Part shown: in pieces, positions 9,789-18,940 of the stretch
How the letters are laid out: each line of letters starts with the position of its first letter
Numbering within the stretch: position 1 is the stretch's first letter
Program-made: the position numbers and the translations under genes
Assembly (NCBI GenBank): GCA_943787605.1
Contig: CALSNB010000001.1
Location: 81,404 to 145,403, forward strand
DNA from: an uncultured Rhodobacteraceae bacterium
GTDB lineage: Bacteria; Pseudomonadota; Alphaproteobacteria; Rhodobacterales; Rhodobacteraceae
Length of the DNA: 64,000 nt
Direction of reading: 5' to 3'
Notes under the pieces: model-generated
Seen by the model: the letters and a program-made list of their open reading frames with translations, nothing else
What the model was told of the DNA's origin: nothing
The model's database searches: none

Positions 9789-9893
9789 AATACTTTTATG
9801 TTAATATAAAAAATTTTTAGTTTGATACTGCTTACTTTTTTTTGTATTGGATAAGGTGGAATATGCTGAAAAAGATAATTTTAGGAGTTAAAA

Positions 9894-10592
9894 ATGACCA
9901 CACAATTAAACCCAACCGATTTGGTTGGAATGAGTTTTTGGATTATTTCCGCTGCCATGGTTGCCGCAACCTTCTTCTTTTGGGTTGAGAGAGATCGTGC
10001 TGTTGGAAAATGGAAAACATCGTTAAGTGTTGCGGCTATGGTAACAGGTATTGCTGCGATTCATTATTTTTATATGAGAGGAGTATGGGCCGAGACTGGA
10101 GCTTCGCCACTTGTATATCGTTATGTAGACTGGCTATTAACAGTGCCTCTTCAAATAATTGAATTCTACTTGATTCTAGCAGCCATTGCTGTTGTTGGAG
10201 CAGCGTTATTCTGGAGGTTGATGATTGCTTCAGTAGTAATGCTTGTTGCTGGTTATCTGGGCGAAATTGATGCAGTAAACGTATGGGGAGCTTTCATAGT
10301 CGGTATGGCCGCATGGATTTACATAATTTATGAGATCTTTGTAGGTGAAGCTAGCAAGATAAGTGCTGAAAACGGTACGGCTGCAAGTAAGACTGCGTTT
10401 AATGCTTTAAGAATTATTGTTACAGTTGGCTGGGCAATATATCCTCTTGGATACGTATTAGGTTACGGTGGTGCAGGTAGTCCTGATGCACTTAACATAA
10501 TATATAACCTAGCAGATTTTGTTAACAAAATTGCATTTGGTGTAGTAATATGGGCCGCAGCAACGTCTAGCTCGGCTACGGAAACTGCCTAA
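9894..10592 (+). CDS. proteorhodopsin (light-driven proton pump), blue-tuned Gln variant
   Basis: RYVDWLLTVPLQIIEF carries the D/T/E pump motif (D79, T83, E90 here; D97/T101/E108 in GPR numbering) with Gln at the L/Q spectral-tuning site. Schiff-base Lys is in ADFVNKIAFG (K212), and His is in IHYFYMRGVW. AGGAG ribosome-binding site. Confidence 0.95.
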   Translation: MTTQLNPTDLVGMSFWIISAAMVAATFFFWVERDRAVGKWKTSLSVAAMVTGIAAIHYFYMRGVWAETGASPLVYRYVDWLLTVPLQIIEFYLILAAIAVVGAALFWRLMIASVVMLVAGYLGEIDAVNVWGAFIVGMAAWIYIIYEIFVGEASKISAENGTAASKTAFNALRIIVTVGWAIYPLGYVLGYGGAGSPDALNIIYNLADFVNKIAFGVVIWAAATSSSATETA

Positions 10593-10620
10593 ATCTATAA
10601 GTAAAGTTAAACTTTTAAAA

Positions 10621-10658
10621 TGTAACGGCGGTCTATAATGATCGCCGTTACATATTTT
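10621..10658 (+). terminator. rho-independent terminator after proteorhodopsin
   Basis: tgtaacggcg (10621-10630) pairs with cgccgttaca (10643-10652): a perfect 10-bp stem with a 12-nt loop, followed by tatttt. Confidence 0.8.
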
Positions 10659-10735
10659 AAAAGTCATTTATAATAATACTAGCGTCAGTTTAGTCATGCA
10701 TTATAATTTTAATATATTGAGTAGAGTTTAGAAAA

Positions 10736-11251
10736 CTATCTGTTTTCGAGGAAATGGTAAGCCTCTAGGATAGTAGCGACTAATCCATCAAAAAAATCTG
10801 GGACAGTCACGTCAACCAGGCTAGTGCCTTGGTATGTATTATCGGTGCTGTTCCCCTCACTTGATTTTAAAGTAAAAAGACAGTTTGGAGAATTTAGTAA
10901 CTCCCGATAGCTTTTACCTTTACCATGCTTTAGCACATTTATCGCTAGATAATATTGGTGAACTCTGTCTGCAAGATTAGTTTTTTGGGACTCTAATAGT
11001 AATGATTTCAACTTCCGTGGAAATGGGCCGCGTCTAAAGTGGTTTTGCATTCGCACCTCAAAAATAGAGAGTGTATCGACAGCTACTGACTCAAGCTTTT
11101 TAGTCATTGTTTGAAGTTTTTGAATTTGAGTGTCTGAGCTATTCTGTTTCTCCATAAGTTCCAGTATTTTTAAAATACTAACTTCCAATGTCTTTGCATC
11201 TTTTTTTGCGGCCATAATAAACTCGAGTACGCTTTGCGAATTTTCCATCAT
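10736..11251 (-). CDS. hypothetical cytoplasmic protein with no recognisable domain
   Basis: 171-aa ORF with AAGAGGA 5 nt upstream of ATG. Predicted helical, contains KHGKGKSYRELL. Convergent with the rhodopsin gene. Confidence 0.5.
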   Translation of the reverse strand: MMENSQSVLEFIMAAKKDAKTLEVSILKILELMEKQNSSDTQIQKLQTMTKKLESVAVDTLSIFEVRMQNHFRRGPFPRKLKSLLLESQKTNLADRVHQYYLAINVLKHGKGKSYRELLNSPNCLFTLKSSEGNSTDNTYQGTSLVDVTVPDFFDGLVATILEAYHFLENR

Positions 11252-11564
11252 AAATCCTCTTAATTTACCATATTCTCTAACGTCATCAGACTAGGAATAA
11301 TAGTGACACAAATTTCTAAACGACAGGCATAACTCTCATATCTATAACTTATTTTTAAATACTGTTCTATTCAGGCCTTATAAGCCTCCAACAGATAGAG
11401 CTACATTCTGATAGAAGTAGTCTGGTCCCTTAATTACTTTTCAAATCAATCACATTGACGAAGTGATCCAATTAGCATTACAAATTTAAAGACTAGCCTT
11501 TTAAAGTCATATTTTTTAATTTGACTATTTAAGCATTTATTTAAAATTTAGACAGGGAAATCAA

Positions 11565-12599
11565 ATGTACGACTTCTATTCAGACACAAAAACAAAGCCA
11601 TCAAAAGAAATGCTTGAGTATGCTTTAGGACGTACTTTCGGTGACGAACAAAAAGATGAAGACCCAACAACTCTTGAGTTGTGTGAACGAGTTGCGAGTC
11701 TTCTTGGAAAAGAGAGTGCTGTTTTTCTACCATCTGGTACCATGTGTAATGAAATCGCCATATCTGTGCAGACATCGCCTGGTGATGAAATCCTATGTGA
11801 TCGCACTTGCCATATCATTAATTTCGAAGGTGGGGCACCAGCAGCTATGAGTGGAGTTATGATACACCCTCTTGATGGAAAGTATGGTCAGTTTACTAAG
11901 GAAGATGTCTCGCAGGCTCTGCGTCCAAAATCTCGCCACATGCCAATATCCCGGATGCTTTGCGCCGAACAAACTGTCAATCTTGGGGGTGGAGGGGTCT
12001 GGCCAGTAGAGAAGTTAGATTCAGTTGCTCAAGTGGCAAAGAAATCAGGTCTCTCAACACATTTAGATGGTGCACGCTTGTTAAATGCATGTGCAAAAAC
12101 TGGAATTTCTGCAGCGAGGTATTCACATGAATATGATAGTTGCTGGATAGATTTTACCAAAGGTTTAGGAGCGCCAGTAGGCGCAGTTCTCGCTGGTAGT
12201 ACAGACTTTATTGAAGCTGCTTGGCGTGTAAAACAACGTATAGGTGGGGCAATGCGGCAATCTGGTGTGATTGCTTCTTTTTGCCTTTATGCCCTTGAAA
12301 AAAATGTTGAACGTTTGGCCGATGACCATGCTCTCGCTACTAAAATTTCTAGTTCTCTTGAACATCTTCCTGGAATAGTGAATGTGCTTCCTGTTGAAAC
12401 CAATATCATTATTGCAGATTTGGCTGAAAATGCACCCTCGGCTGCCCAATTGGTAAGTAAGTTAAGTGAAGAGTCTATTCATATTGGAGCATTTGGAGAG
12501 AAACGTATCCGGATCGTCACTCACCTTGACGTTAATCCAAAAGCTGCGGAGTGTCTAATTGAGGCATTAAGTAATAACTTAGGTAGCATTCTCAGCTAA
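11565..12599 (+). CDS. ltaE: low-specificity L-threonine aldolase (beta-eliminating lyase / PLP fold type I)
   Basis: N-terminal DFYSDT...P, LPSGTMCN, HLDGARL, and the PLP-lysine context DFTKGLGAPVGA are all typical of LtaE. Confidence 0.85.
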   Translation: MYDFYSDTKTKPSKEMLEYALGRTFGDEQKDEDPTTLELCERVASLLGKESAVFLPSGTMCNEIAISVQTSPGDEILCDRTCHIINFEGGAPAAMSGVMIHPLDGKYGQFTKEDVSQALRPKSRHMPISRMLCAEQTVNLGGGGVWPVEKLDSVAQVAKKSGLSTHLDGARLLNACAKTGISAARYSHEYDSCWIDFTKGLGAPVGAVLAGSTDFIEAAWRVKQRIGGAMRQSGVIASFCLYALEKNVERLADDHALATKISSSLEHLPGIVNVLPVETNIIIADLAENAPSAAQLVSKLSEESIHIGAFGEKRIRIVTHLDVNPKAAECLIEALSNNLGSILS

Positions 12600-12915
12600 T
12601 TATGAGTTTTATAAAAAATGCTTAATCAAGGGAGGTTACTGAAATATCTGGTCTTATTATCTATGACACCTCTTTTATTAAAAAGTTAGACAACAAATGA
12701 TATAATTCAAACAAAGTTCAAGTTTCTAACTTTGTTTAACGGTTTGATATAAAGTTTGGTCATTTCGAAAAGTTGAAGTTTAAGGCCCATTGGTTGGTAA
12801 TTCATACACCTAGGTCGATACTACTCTGTTCGTCCTTGACCATGCTAGGTAAAACAGAGACCGTATATAAGATAGAACCCTACTTTGGGAATGCTAAAAA
12901 AGACGGGCCATAAGA

Positions 12916-13536
12916 ATGACAATCACCCCAATCGAGCTGTTATTTTATGCAGGTGGACTTTTCATTTTGTTCCTCACCCCTGGTCCTGTTTGGGTTGCGC
13001 TTTTGGCGCGAGCGATGTCAGGGGGATTTCATTCAGCCTGGCCACTGGCTTTAGGTGTAGTGGTAGGAGATATTATATGGCCATTAATCGCCATATTAAG
13101 TTTAACGTGGATCGTTGATCAGGCCAGCTGGTTTATGGAGTTTTTTAGGTGGGTTGCGGTAGTGATGTTTATCGCTATGGGCGTTCTTATGATCTGGCAT
13201 GCCGATAGAGAGTTATCGGAAAACTCTAGTCTGACTCGCCCAGGAATGTGGTCTGGGTTCATCGTAGGAGTGGTGGTGATAATGTCTAACCCCAAGGCTG
13301 TTCTATTCTACATGGGTATGCTTCCAGGATTTTTTGATCTGACACGGGTAACATGGCCTGACATTGTAGTGATTTGTATAGTTGGCTTTCTTGTTCCGCT
13401 TTTAGGGAATCTCGCGTTAGCTTTTTTTGTGGATCGAGTAAGATCGTTGCTTAAGGCACCTGGTACGATACGCCGAATAAATTTATTCTCAGGATGGTTG
13501 CTAATCGGAGTAGGTCTCTTAATTAGCGTTAATTAA
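12916..13536 (+). CDS. LysE/RhtB-family amino-acid exporter
   Basis: 206 aa with six TM helices and the N-terminal LTPGPV motif of the LysE family. Confidence 0.8.
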   Translation: MTITPIELLFYAGGLFILFLTPGPVWVALLARAMSGGFHSAWPLALGVVVGDIIWPLIAILSLTWIVDQASWFMEFFRWVAVVMFIAMGVLMIWHADRELSENSSLTRPGMWSGFIVGVVVIMSNPKAVLFYMGMLPGFFDLTRVTWPDIVVICIVGFLVPLLGNLALAFFVDRVRSLLKAPGTIRRINLFSGWLLIGVGLLISVN

Positions 13537-13645
13537 ATTTTTCTTCAAAAAACTCATTCTTTTCGATTATTAAATCACTAGATTGTGTCGATCTTACGTT
13601 CACATTTATTAATGGTAGTTATAATGAAATACTTGGGAGTGTGAT

Positions 13646-13843
13646 ATGGTTGTTGGATTAATTAGTGTTACCTTTTTTTTAATTTTTATTTTTGCAATAA
13701 CAACTATTAGAGCAAACAGATTAAAAAGTATGAGGAAAACTGAAAAGACAGTAGGGCGATGGGAGCGTATAGAAAGCAAAGTTTATTTTGTAATTTTCAT
13801 AGTAGCTATTTTATTCATTATATTTAGAGTTGTTTTTTATTAA
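13646..13843 (+). CDS. small two-TM membrane protein (hypothetical)
   Basis: GGGAG ribosome-binding site and two hydrophobic helices separated by a basic loop. No homology recognised. Confidence 0.35.
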   Translation: MVVGLISVTFFLIFIFAITTIRANRLKSMRKTEKTVGRWERIESKVYFVIFIVAILFIIFRVVFY

Positions 13844-13945
13844 CATAAACCAAATAGCCAACTAAATTTTCTTTTTTTTTATAAACCCATCCCTCCGTAG
13901 TAAGTAGTTCTAAAGAATGATATATTTTTTTTAAGGAGTATAAAA

Positions 13946-14896
13946 ATGACTGATCACAATTATGAATCTGGCCGCCTTAACTTACCGTTCGTTGGTATTT
14001 CCACATTTGCAAAAAAAACTTATCAAGGTGATTGGGATAACATTGAAGCTGATGTAGCCATTTTGGGTGCCCCTTACGACTTTGGGACCCAATTCAGAGC
14101 GGGTGCAAGGTTTGGACCGCGAGGAGTAAGAGAAGCCTCAACTCTTTTTTCATTTGGGCACGGCGGTGCTTATGATCACGAAGATGATGCAACCTACTTA
14201 GATGAGGATGTAAGGATAGTAGATATTGGTGATGCTGATATTATTCATACTGATACAGAACAGTCACATAAGAATATTCAATATGGCGTAAAAAAAATAC
14301 TCGACTCTAAAGCTCTTCCCGTTGTTATTGGCGGGGATCATTCTGTTAATATACCAATTATTAATGCATTTAGTGATGAAGCTCCTTTTCATATTATTCA
14401 GATAGATGCACATTTAGATTTTGTCGACATTCGGCATGGTGTCAAATACGGCCACGGTAACCCAATGAGAAGAGCGCTAGAGAAACCTTATGTGACTGGG
14501 TTGACACAAATTGGGATTAGAAATGTTTCATCAACAGCGAGAGAAGGCTACGTCGATGCACGAACAATGGGATCCGATATTATCTCTGTTAGACAGCAAA
14601 GAAAGCTAGGTGCAATAAAAACAATTGAGCGAATTTCTGATAATAAAAAAGTATATGTAACAATAGATATAGATGCTTTTTGTCCATCAATCGCACCTGG
14701 CACAGGAACACCAAGTCATGGAGGTTTTTTGTATTACGAAGTTTTAGAGATGCTTCAAGAAATAAGTAAAAAACATGAAGTAATAGGAATTGATCTGGTG
14801 GAAGTGGCACCAGACTACGATCAAAGTGGATCTACATCGATTCTGGCAGCTCAATTATTAATGAATTTTATTGGTTTTATTTTTCATAATAAATAA
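13946..14896 (+). CDS. arginase-fold ureohydrolase (agmatinase / guanidino-acid hydrolase family)
   Basis: Canonical metal motifs GGDHSV, DAHLDF and DIDAFCPSIAPGTGTP. TAAGGAG ribosome-binding site. Confidence 0.85.
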   Translation: MTDHNYESGRLNLPFVGISTFAKKTYQGDWDNIEADVAILGAPYDFGTQFRAGARFGPRGVREASTLFSFGHGGAYDHEDDATYLDEDVRIVDIGDADIIHTDTEQSHKNIQYGVKKILDSKALPVVIGGDHSVNIPIINAFSDEAPFHIIQIDAHLDFVDIRHGVKYGHGNPMRRALEKPYVTGLTQIGIRNVSSTAREGYVDARTMGSDIISVRQQRKLGAIKTIERISDNKKVYVTIDIDAFCPSIAPGTGTPSHGGFLYYEVLEMLQEISKKHEVIGIDLVEVAPDYDQSGSTSILAAQLLMNFIGFIFHNK

Positions 14897-14959
14897 TTAA
14901 TTTTCTTTGAAACTATGAAATAGGAAGTTAATTCTAAAGAAACAAACTTTTAGATTTAT

Positions 14960-15718
14960 ATGAGTAGGAATAGTTTGATGAATAGGTTGCTAGGAAAGCG
15001 AGTTTTAATAACAGCTGCTGGGCAAGGGATGGGACGCGCAGCTGCTCTGGCTATGGCAGCTGAAGGTGCTAAGGTTTTTGCAACCGACATAAATGTAACT
15101 GGATTGGAGACCTTGTCTCAGGAAAATAACGAAATTGAAACTTTTCAGTTAGACGTTTTGGATCCAGTTGCAATTGCCAACGCTCCCAAAAAGACGGGAG
15201 CTTTGACTACGTTGTTTAACTGTGCCGGGTTTGTACACAATGGAACCATCATGGATATGTCTGAAGATGACTGGGACTTTTCTTTTACATTAAATGTTAG
15301 ATCGCAATTCCGTCTAATTCAGGCCTATTTGCCGGGTATGCTGTCAAAAAAAGAGGGGTCTATTATTAATATGGCTTCAGTAGCGTCATCTATAAAGGGA
15401 GCACCAAACCGATGTCTTTATGGGTCTACAAAGGCCGCCATTCTTGGACTAACGCGCGCTGTAGCTGCGGATTATGTGGGTGAAGGTATAAGATGCAATG
15501 CGCTTTGCCCAGGTACAATCATGACACCTTCGCTAGAGGAGCGAATGCGTGCAACTGGAGATTATGAAAACGCAAAGTTAGAATTTTTGGCGCGTCAGCC
15601 AATTGGTAGGTTTGCAACATCGGATGAAGTCACCGGTATTCTTATTCACCTTGCAAGTGACGAGTCAAAGTTTACGACTGGTACCTTTCAGATCGTTGAT
15701 GGTGGATGGAGCCTTTAG
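14960..15718 (+). CDS. short-chain dehydrogenase/reductase (SDR)
   Basis: Cofactor loop ITAAGQGMGRA, NCAG, and the catalytic Y-x3-K in YGSTKAA. An alternative start at 14978 is possible. Confidence 0.85.
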   Translation: MSRNSLMNRLLGKRVLITAAGQGMGRAAALAMAAEGAKVFATDINVTGLETLSQENNEIETFQLDVLDPVAIANAPKKTGALTTLFNCAGFVHNGTIMDMSEDDWDFSFTLNVRSQFRLIQAYLPGMLSKKEGSIINMASVASSIKGAPNRCLYGSTKAAILGLTRAVAADYVGEGIRCNALCPGTIMTPSLEERMRATGDYENAKLEFLARQPIGRFATSDEVTGILIHLASDESKFTTGTFQIVDGGWSL

Positions 15719-15891
15719 ACAAAAGAAAAAACCTTTACCGCCAAGGTTTATGAATTCTTCGCTACACCCCAATGAGTGACTTATTAACTGATATTCAGAG
15801 AATGATCTTTCGCATAAATCTGGATAATTGGTTAAAAAGATATTATGTGTCACAATTATACGATCCCATCACTTAGTAAGCTAGGGTAAAA

Positions 15892-16758
15892 TTGGATAAT
15901 AAAAACAAAATTGGTTTCATTGGGGCCGGCATCATGGGCCAAGGTATGGTCCAAAACCTACTTGAGGCTGGCCATGAAGTTAATGTCATTGCGCATAGAA
16001 ATCGACGACCTATCGATGAGCTTGTAGCATTGGGCGCAAAGGAAATGATGTCCCTTTTTGATATGGCAAGTTGTTGTAACATATTCATTCTATGTCTACC
16101 AAGTTCACAAGCTGTAATGTCAGTTTGTAATGTCTTATTTTCCAGAGCACTACCAAAGACCTTAATAATTGACTGTACGACTAATGAACTAATTACCGTA
16201 AAAGAGTTGGCTAGACAGGCAAAAGCAGCAAGATTACGATATGTTGAGGCACCCCTTACGGGTGGTCAACAACAATCTAGAGAAGCTATGTTGGGAGCTA
16301 TAGTGGGGTGTGATGTAGAAGATTTTGTAATGGTTAGTAATATTCTTAAGCCATGCTGCGCGCATATTGAGCGACTTGGTGAGCTAGGGATGGGGGCAAC
16401 GACAAAACTCATATCCAACTTTTTAGCACTTGGTACTGCAACTCTAGTCGTTGAGGCGATGAAGGCAGCAAATAACCTTGGGGTTGACTGGAAGAAATTT
16501 TATAAACTCGCATCCCAAGGGTCTGGACATTCAATGAGCCTTGATAGGATAGCCCCTAAAGCAATCTCAGGCTCGCATGACGGTTATGTCTTCACGATTG
16601 CTAACACAGTTAAGGATATGGAGTATATCTCAGATCTTCTAAAAGACCAGCCTGATGCTGCTGCCATTACAGAGGTATTTTTAAGAATTTATAAAAATGC
16701 CGTAAATGATGGCATGCGAGATGAGCTCTTAAGCTCCCGGCTTGAAATTGTAAGTTGA
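15892..16758 (+). CDS. NAD(P)-dependent 3-hydroxyisobutyrate/6-phosphogluconate dehydrogenase-like oxidoreductase
   Basis: Rossmann signature IGFIGAGIMGQGM and a size of 288 aa. The track start is TTG, so the start is uncertain. Confidence 0.8.
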   Translation: MDNKNKIGFIGAGIMGQGMVQNLLEAGHEVNVIAHRNRRPIDELVALGAKEMMSLFDMASCCNIFILCLPSSQAVMSVCNVLFSRALPKTLIIDCTTNELITVKELARQAKAARLRYVEAPLTGGQQQSREAMLGAIVGCDVEDFVMVSNILKPCCAHIERLGELGMGATTKLISNFLALGTATLVVEAMKAANNLGVDWKKFYKLASQGSGHSMSLDRIAPKAISGSHDGYVFTIANTVKDMEYISDLLKDQPDAAAITEVFLRIYKNAVNDGMRDELLSSRLEIVS

Positions 16759-16784
16759 TCTGTTCTGTGCTTATTGTGTGATTC

Positions 16785-18479
16785 TTATCCTGTGACGAGA
16801 GCTCGTGCGATCTGCACATTTGAAAGAAGTCTGTTTAAACTGCGAGTTGCCAGCCCTTGGCGTAATCGCAATGCATCTGCACTTCTAGTTTCCCCTGCAA
16901 GATTACGGATTGCCTCGAGGCTAGGCCATTTTGGTAATGGCAGCGCTGGGTCATGACTGTGTTGGTCACCATAGGTGTAATCCAAAGGTACAAGCTGTCG
17001 AGATACTAGCATAAGAGTCCGGTCTCGTTTTAAGTAGGCCTCAGGGCTTTCGAGCTGCTGTTCTTGGAAACTCACCATTTCTTTGTACAATCCTTCAACT
17101 TCAGTATGCAGAGCACTCAATGAGAGATCACACTCTGATGACAATTGGATTTCAGCTATATTAGAAAGTAAATCTGCTACTTGTGCTGCAATGTTTAGTG
17201 GCAGGTACAGATCTGAAACTAGATGGCCCAATGCATGTGCATAAATTTGTGTATCACGCAAAAGGAATGCTGGGTTAATACGTTCAATTTTGTCATAAGG
17301 AGTGTGCCACCACCATCCTAAGGCATTACGCACTCCAACAGTTTCAGTAGGTTGACAGCTTAGGATACCAAACAGTGAGGGGATGCCAATTCCCCAAAAA
17401 GACTGGTCTGAATTACGTGCCATGCGATTGCCGTCATAATCTTGTCCTGAATGTTTCTTAATTACTTCTTGAGCAAATTCTGATAATTCAGTAGCGGCTG
17501 GTGCCGTACTGAGAAGGGTGTTTCCCTCGCCACCTGTTGAATCTACGTTTACGTGCACTGCACAGTCGCGGTGTCCAACTCATGCCAATATTGATCAGCA
17601 AACCACGTTGATCCCTGAATACCTTCCCTGCGAGTGCCCAGACCAAAAACACAAACGCAAATGACGCTTCATGGCATTCCGATTTTTTGCCATACAGCGA
17701 GTCACTTCCATCATTGTCGCATTAGCACTACCATTATCCATCACACCCTCATACCAAGTATCATGGTGCCCAGAAAATAGTATGTAAGGTGCATCTTTAA
17801 GAGCATTTTTTGCTTCGAGATCAGCAATTAAAATTGGAGTCTTTCGCCACCCTGTGTCGACCTTGGCGTGGATGGTAGCTGGTAGGGCAGGTGTTATTGT
17901 TAGTTGCTCTCGTATTATTTTGCCGTCTTCATCTGATATAGTCACAGCAGATGAAGTTGGAAGGTTTTTTACTGTCTCAGAATCAGGGTTTCCCCAAACT
18001 GGAGAAAGACACATTTCATGAAGGTACTCATGTGGGCTAATGTGAATTTGTCCTACTGCGCCTGCGTGCCGACAACGTTTTGCCATTTCTGGGGTCGCCA
18101 TGCCGTCAATTAGAACAATCTGATCGCGTACATCTGTAGCATCAAAGGTTTCTTGAGATGCTGAGCCGAGGTCAATAATTTTGCGTGTCAGACCAGCTTC
18201 AGATGTGGGTAAGGCCATTGAGTGAGTAATTGCCTTAAATCGTTTTCCATTAAAATCTAAGTGAGCTGCTTCTGGCAGACTTATGAAGGCATCGTGATAG
18301 AGTAAGGTCGTTTTTAAACCGTAGCTATTTAGAACACCGCGTATATAGTTTAAGCTTTGTGCTTCCTCTGTAGTCCCGGCCAGTTTTTTCCAGCGAGAAA
18401 ATTCTTGCAGATGCTCCATCATCTGGTCTGTTGAAATCTCTGAGATCAAATTGTTCAAAAACTTTGTATTAACTTTCAT
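16785..18479 (-). pseudogene. M28-family (PA-domain) metallopeptidase disrupted by two compensating frameshifts
   Basis: Track ORFs 17595-18479 and 16785-17558 are in the same frame, separated by two in-frame TGA codons (17595-17597, 17580-17582). The interval reads as GSTWFADQYWHELD in another frame. M28 motifs FSGHHDTW...DNGSA and HVNVDSTG lie on either side. Confidence 0.8.
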
Positions 18480-18940
18480 TCTAAGGCTCCATTTAAAGTT
18501 GCAATTTGCAAGTTGAAAAATAGAAAATTATCTAACAAATGTTCATTTAATAAAAATTATAATCAATATAGTAGGACCGATCGGTAATGAATTGAACTCT
18601 TCTCTTTTTTTTACCAAACGAACTCTTCATTGTAGTTTTACCTTTCACAAGTTATTTATAAATTTACTTTGTAGCAATAGGTATTGTTATTAGATTCTTT
18701 AAGAGGCTCTGCTTCTGACAAAGATCTAAAGCAATAAAGACTTAACTTAATGATGTTGTAAAAAGTGATTATGGGAAAGAGACTAAAGCCAGGTTTGTTT
18801 GTTGCAATAAGGAAATTAGTTGTCAAAGTAGTTGCAATATGTGTACTGATACGGTGCAAAAAATATTCTAGTTGAACTTTGACATACTTTGAAAATTATA
18901 AAATCTTGAGCCTTTCTTTCTACAACCTGGAATTCACTAT

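Noticed and set aside
12709-12737. 10-bp inverted repeat AAACAAAGTT-N9-AACTTTGTTT downstream of ltaE as a terminator
   Set aside because: The stem is almost entirely A/T and no T-run follows on either strand. It may be a weak terminator or chance symmetry in AT-rich DNA.
12600-12915. Possible riboswitch (guanidine, glycine or lysine type) in the 315-nt leader of the LysE-family exporter
   Set aside because: I could not find the conserved cores I remember for ykkC, mini-ykkC, glycine or lysine riboswitches. The only structure is a weak AT-rich element, so an Infernal scan is needed before making any claim.
17580-17597. The two in-frame TGA codons in the M28 peptidase as selenocysteine or programmed recoding
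   Set aside because: The segment between and around them translates into conserved-looking peptidase sequence in a different frame. Frameshifts explain it better than stop-codon read-through, and I saw no SECIS-like hairpin.
18480-18940. ORF 18656-18859 (67 aa) and repeated GTTGCAAT/TTGCAA motifs in the divergent region between the M28 and MYG1 genes
   Set aside because: The ORF has no ribosome-binding site and an implausible composition. The short TTGCAA repeats (three or four copies) could be a regulator site but are too short and degenerate to call.
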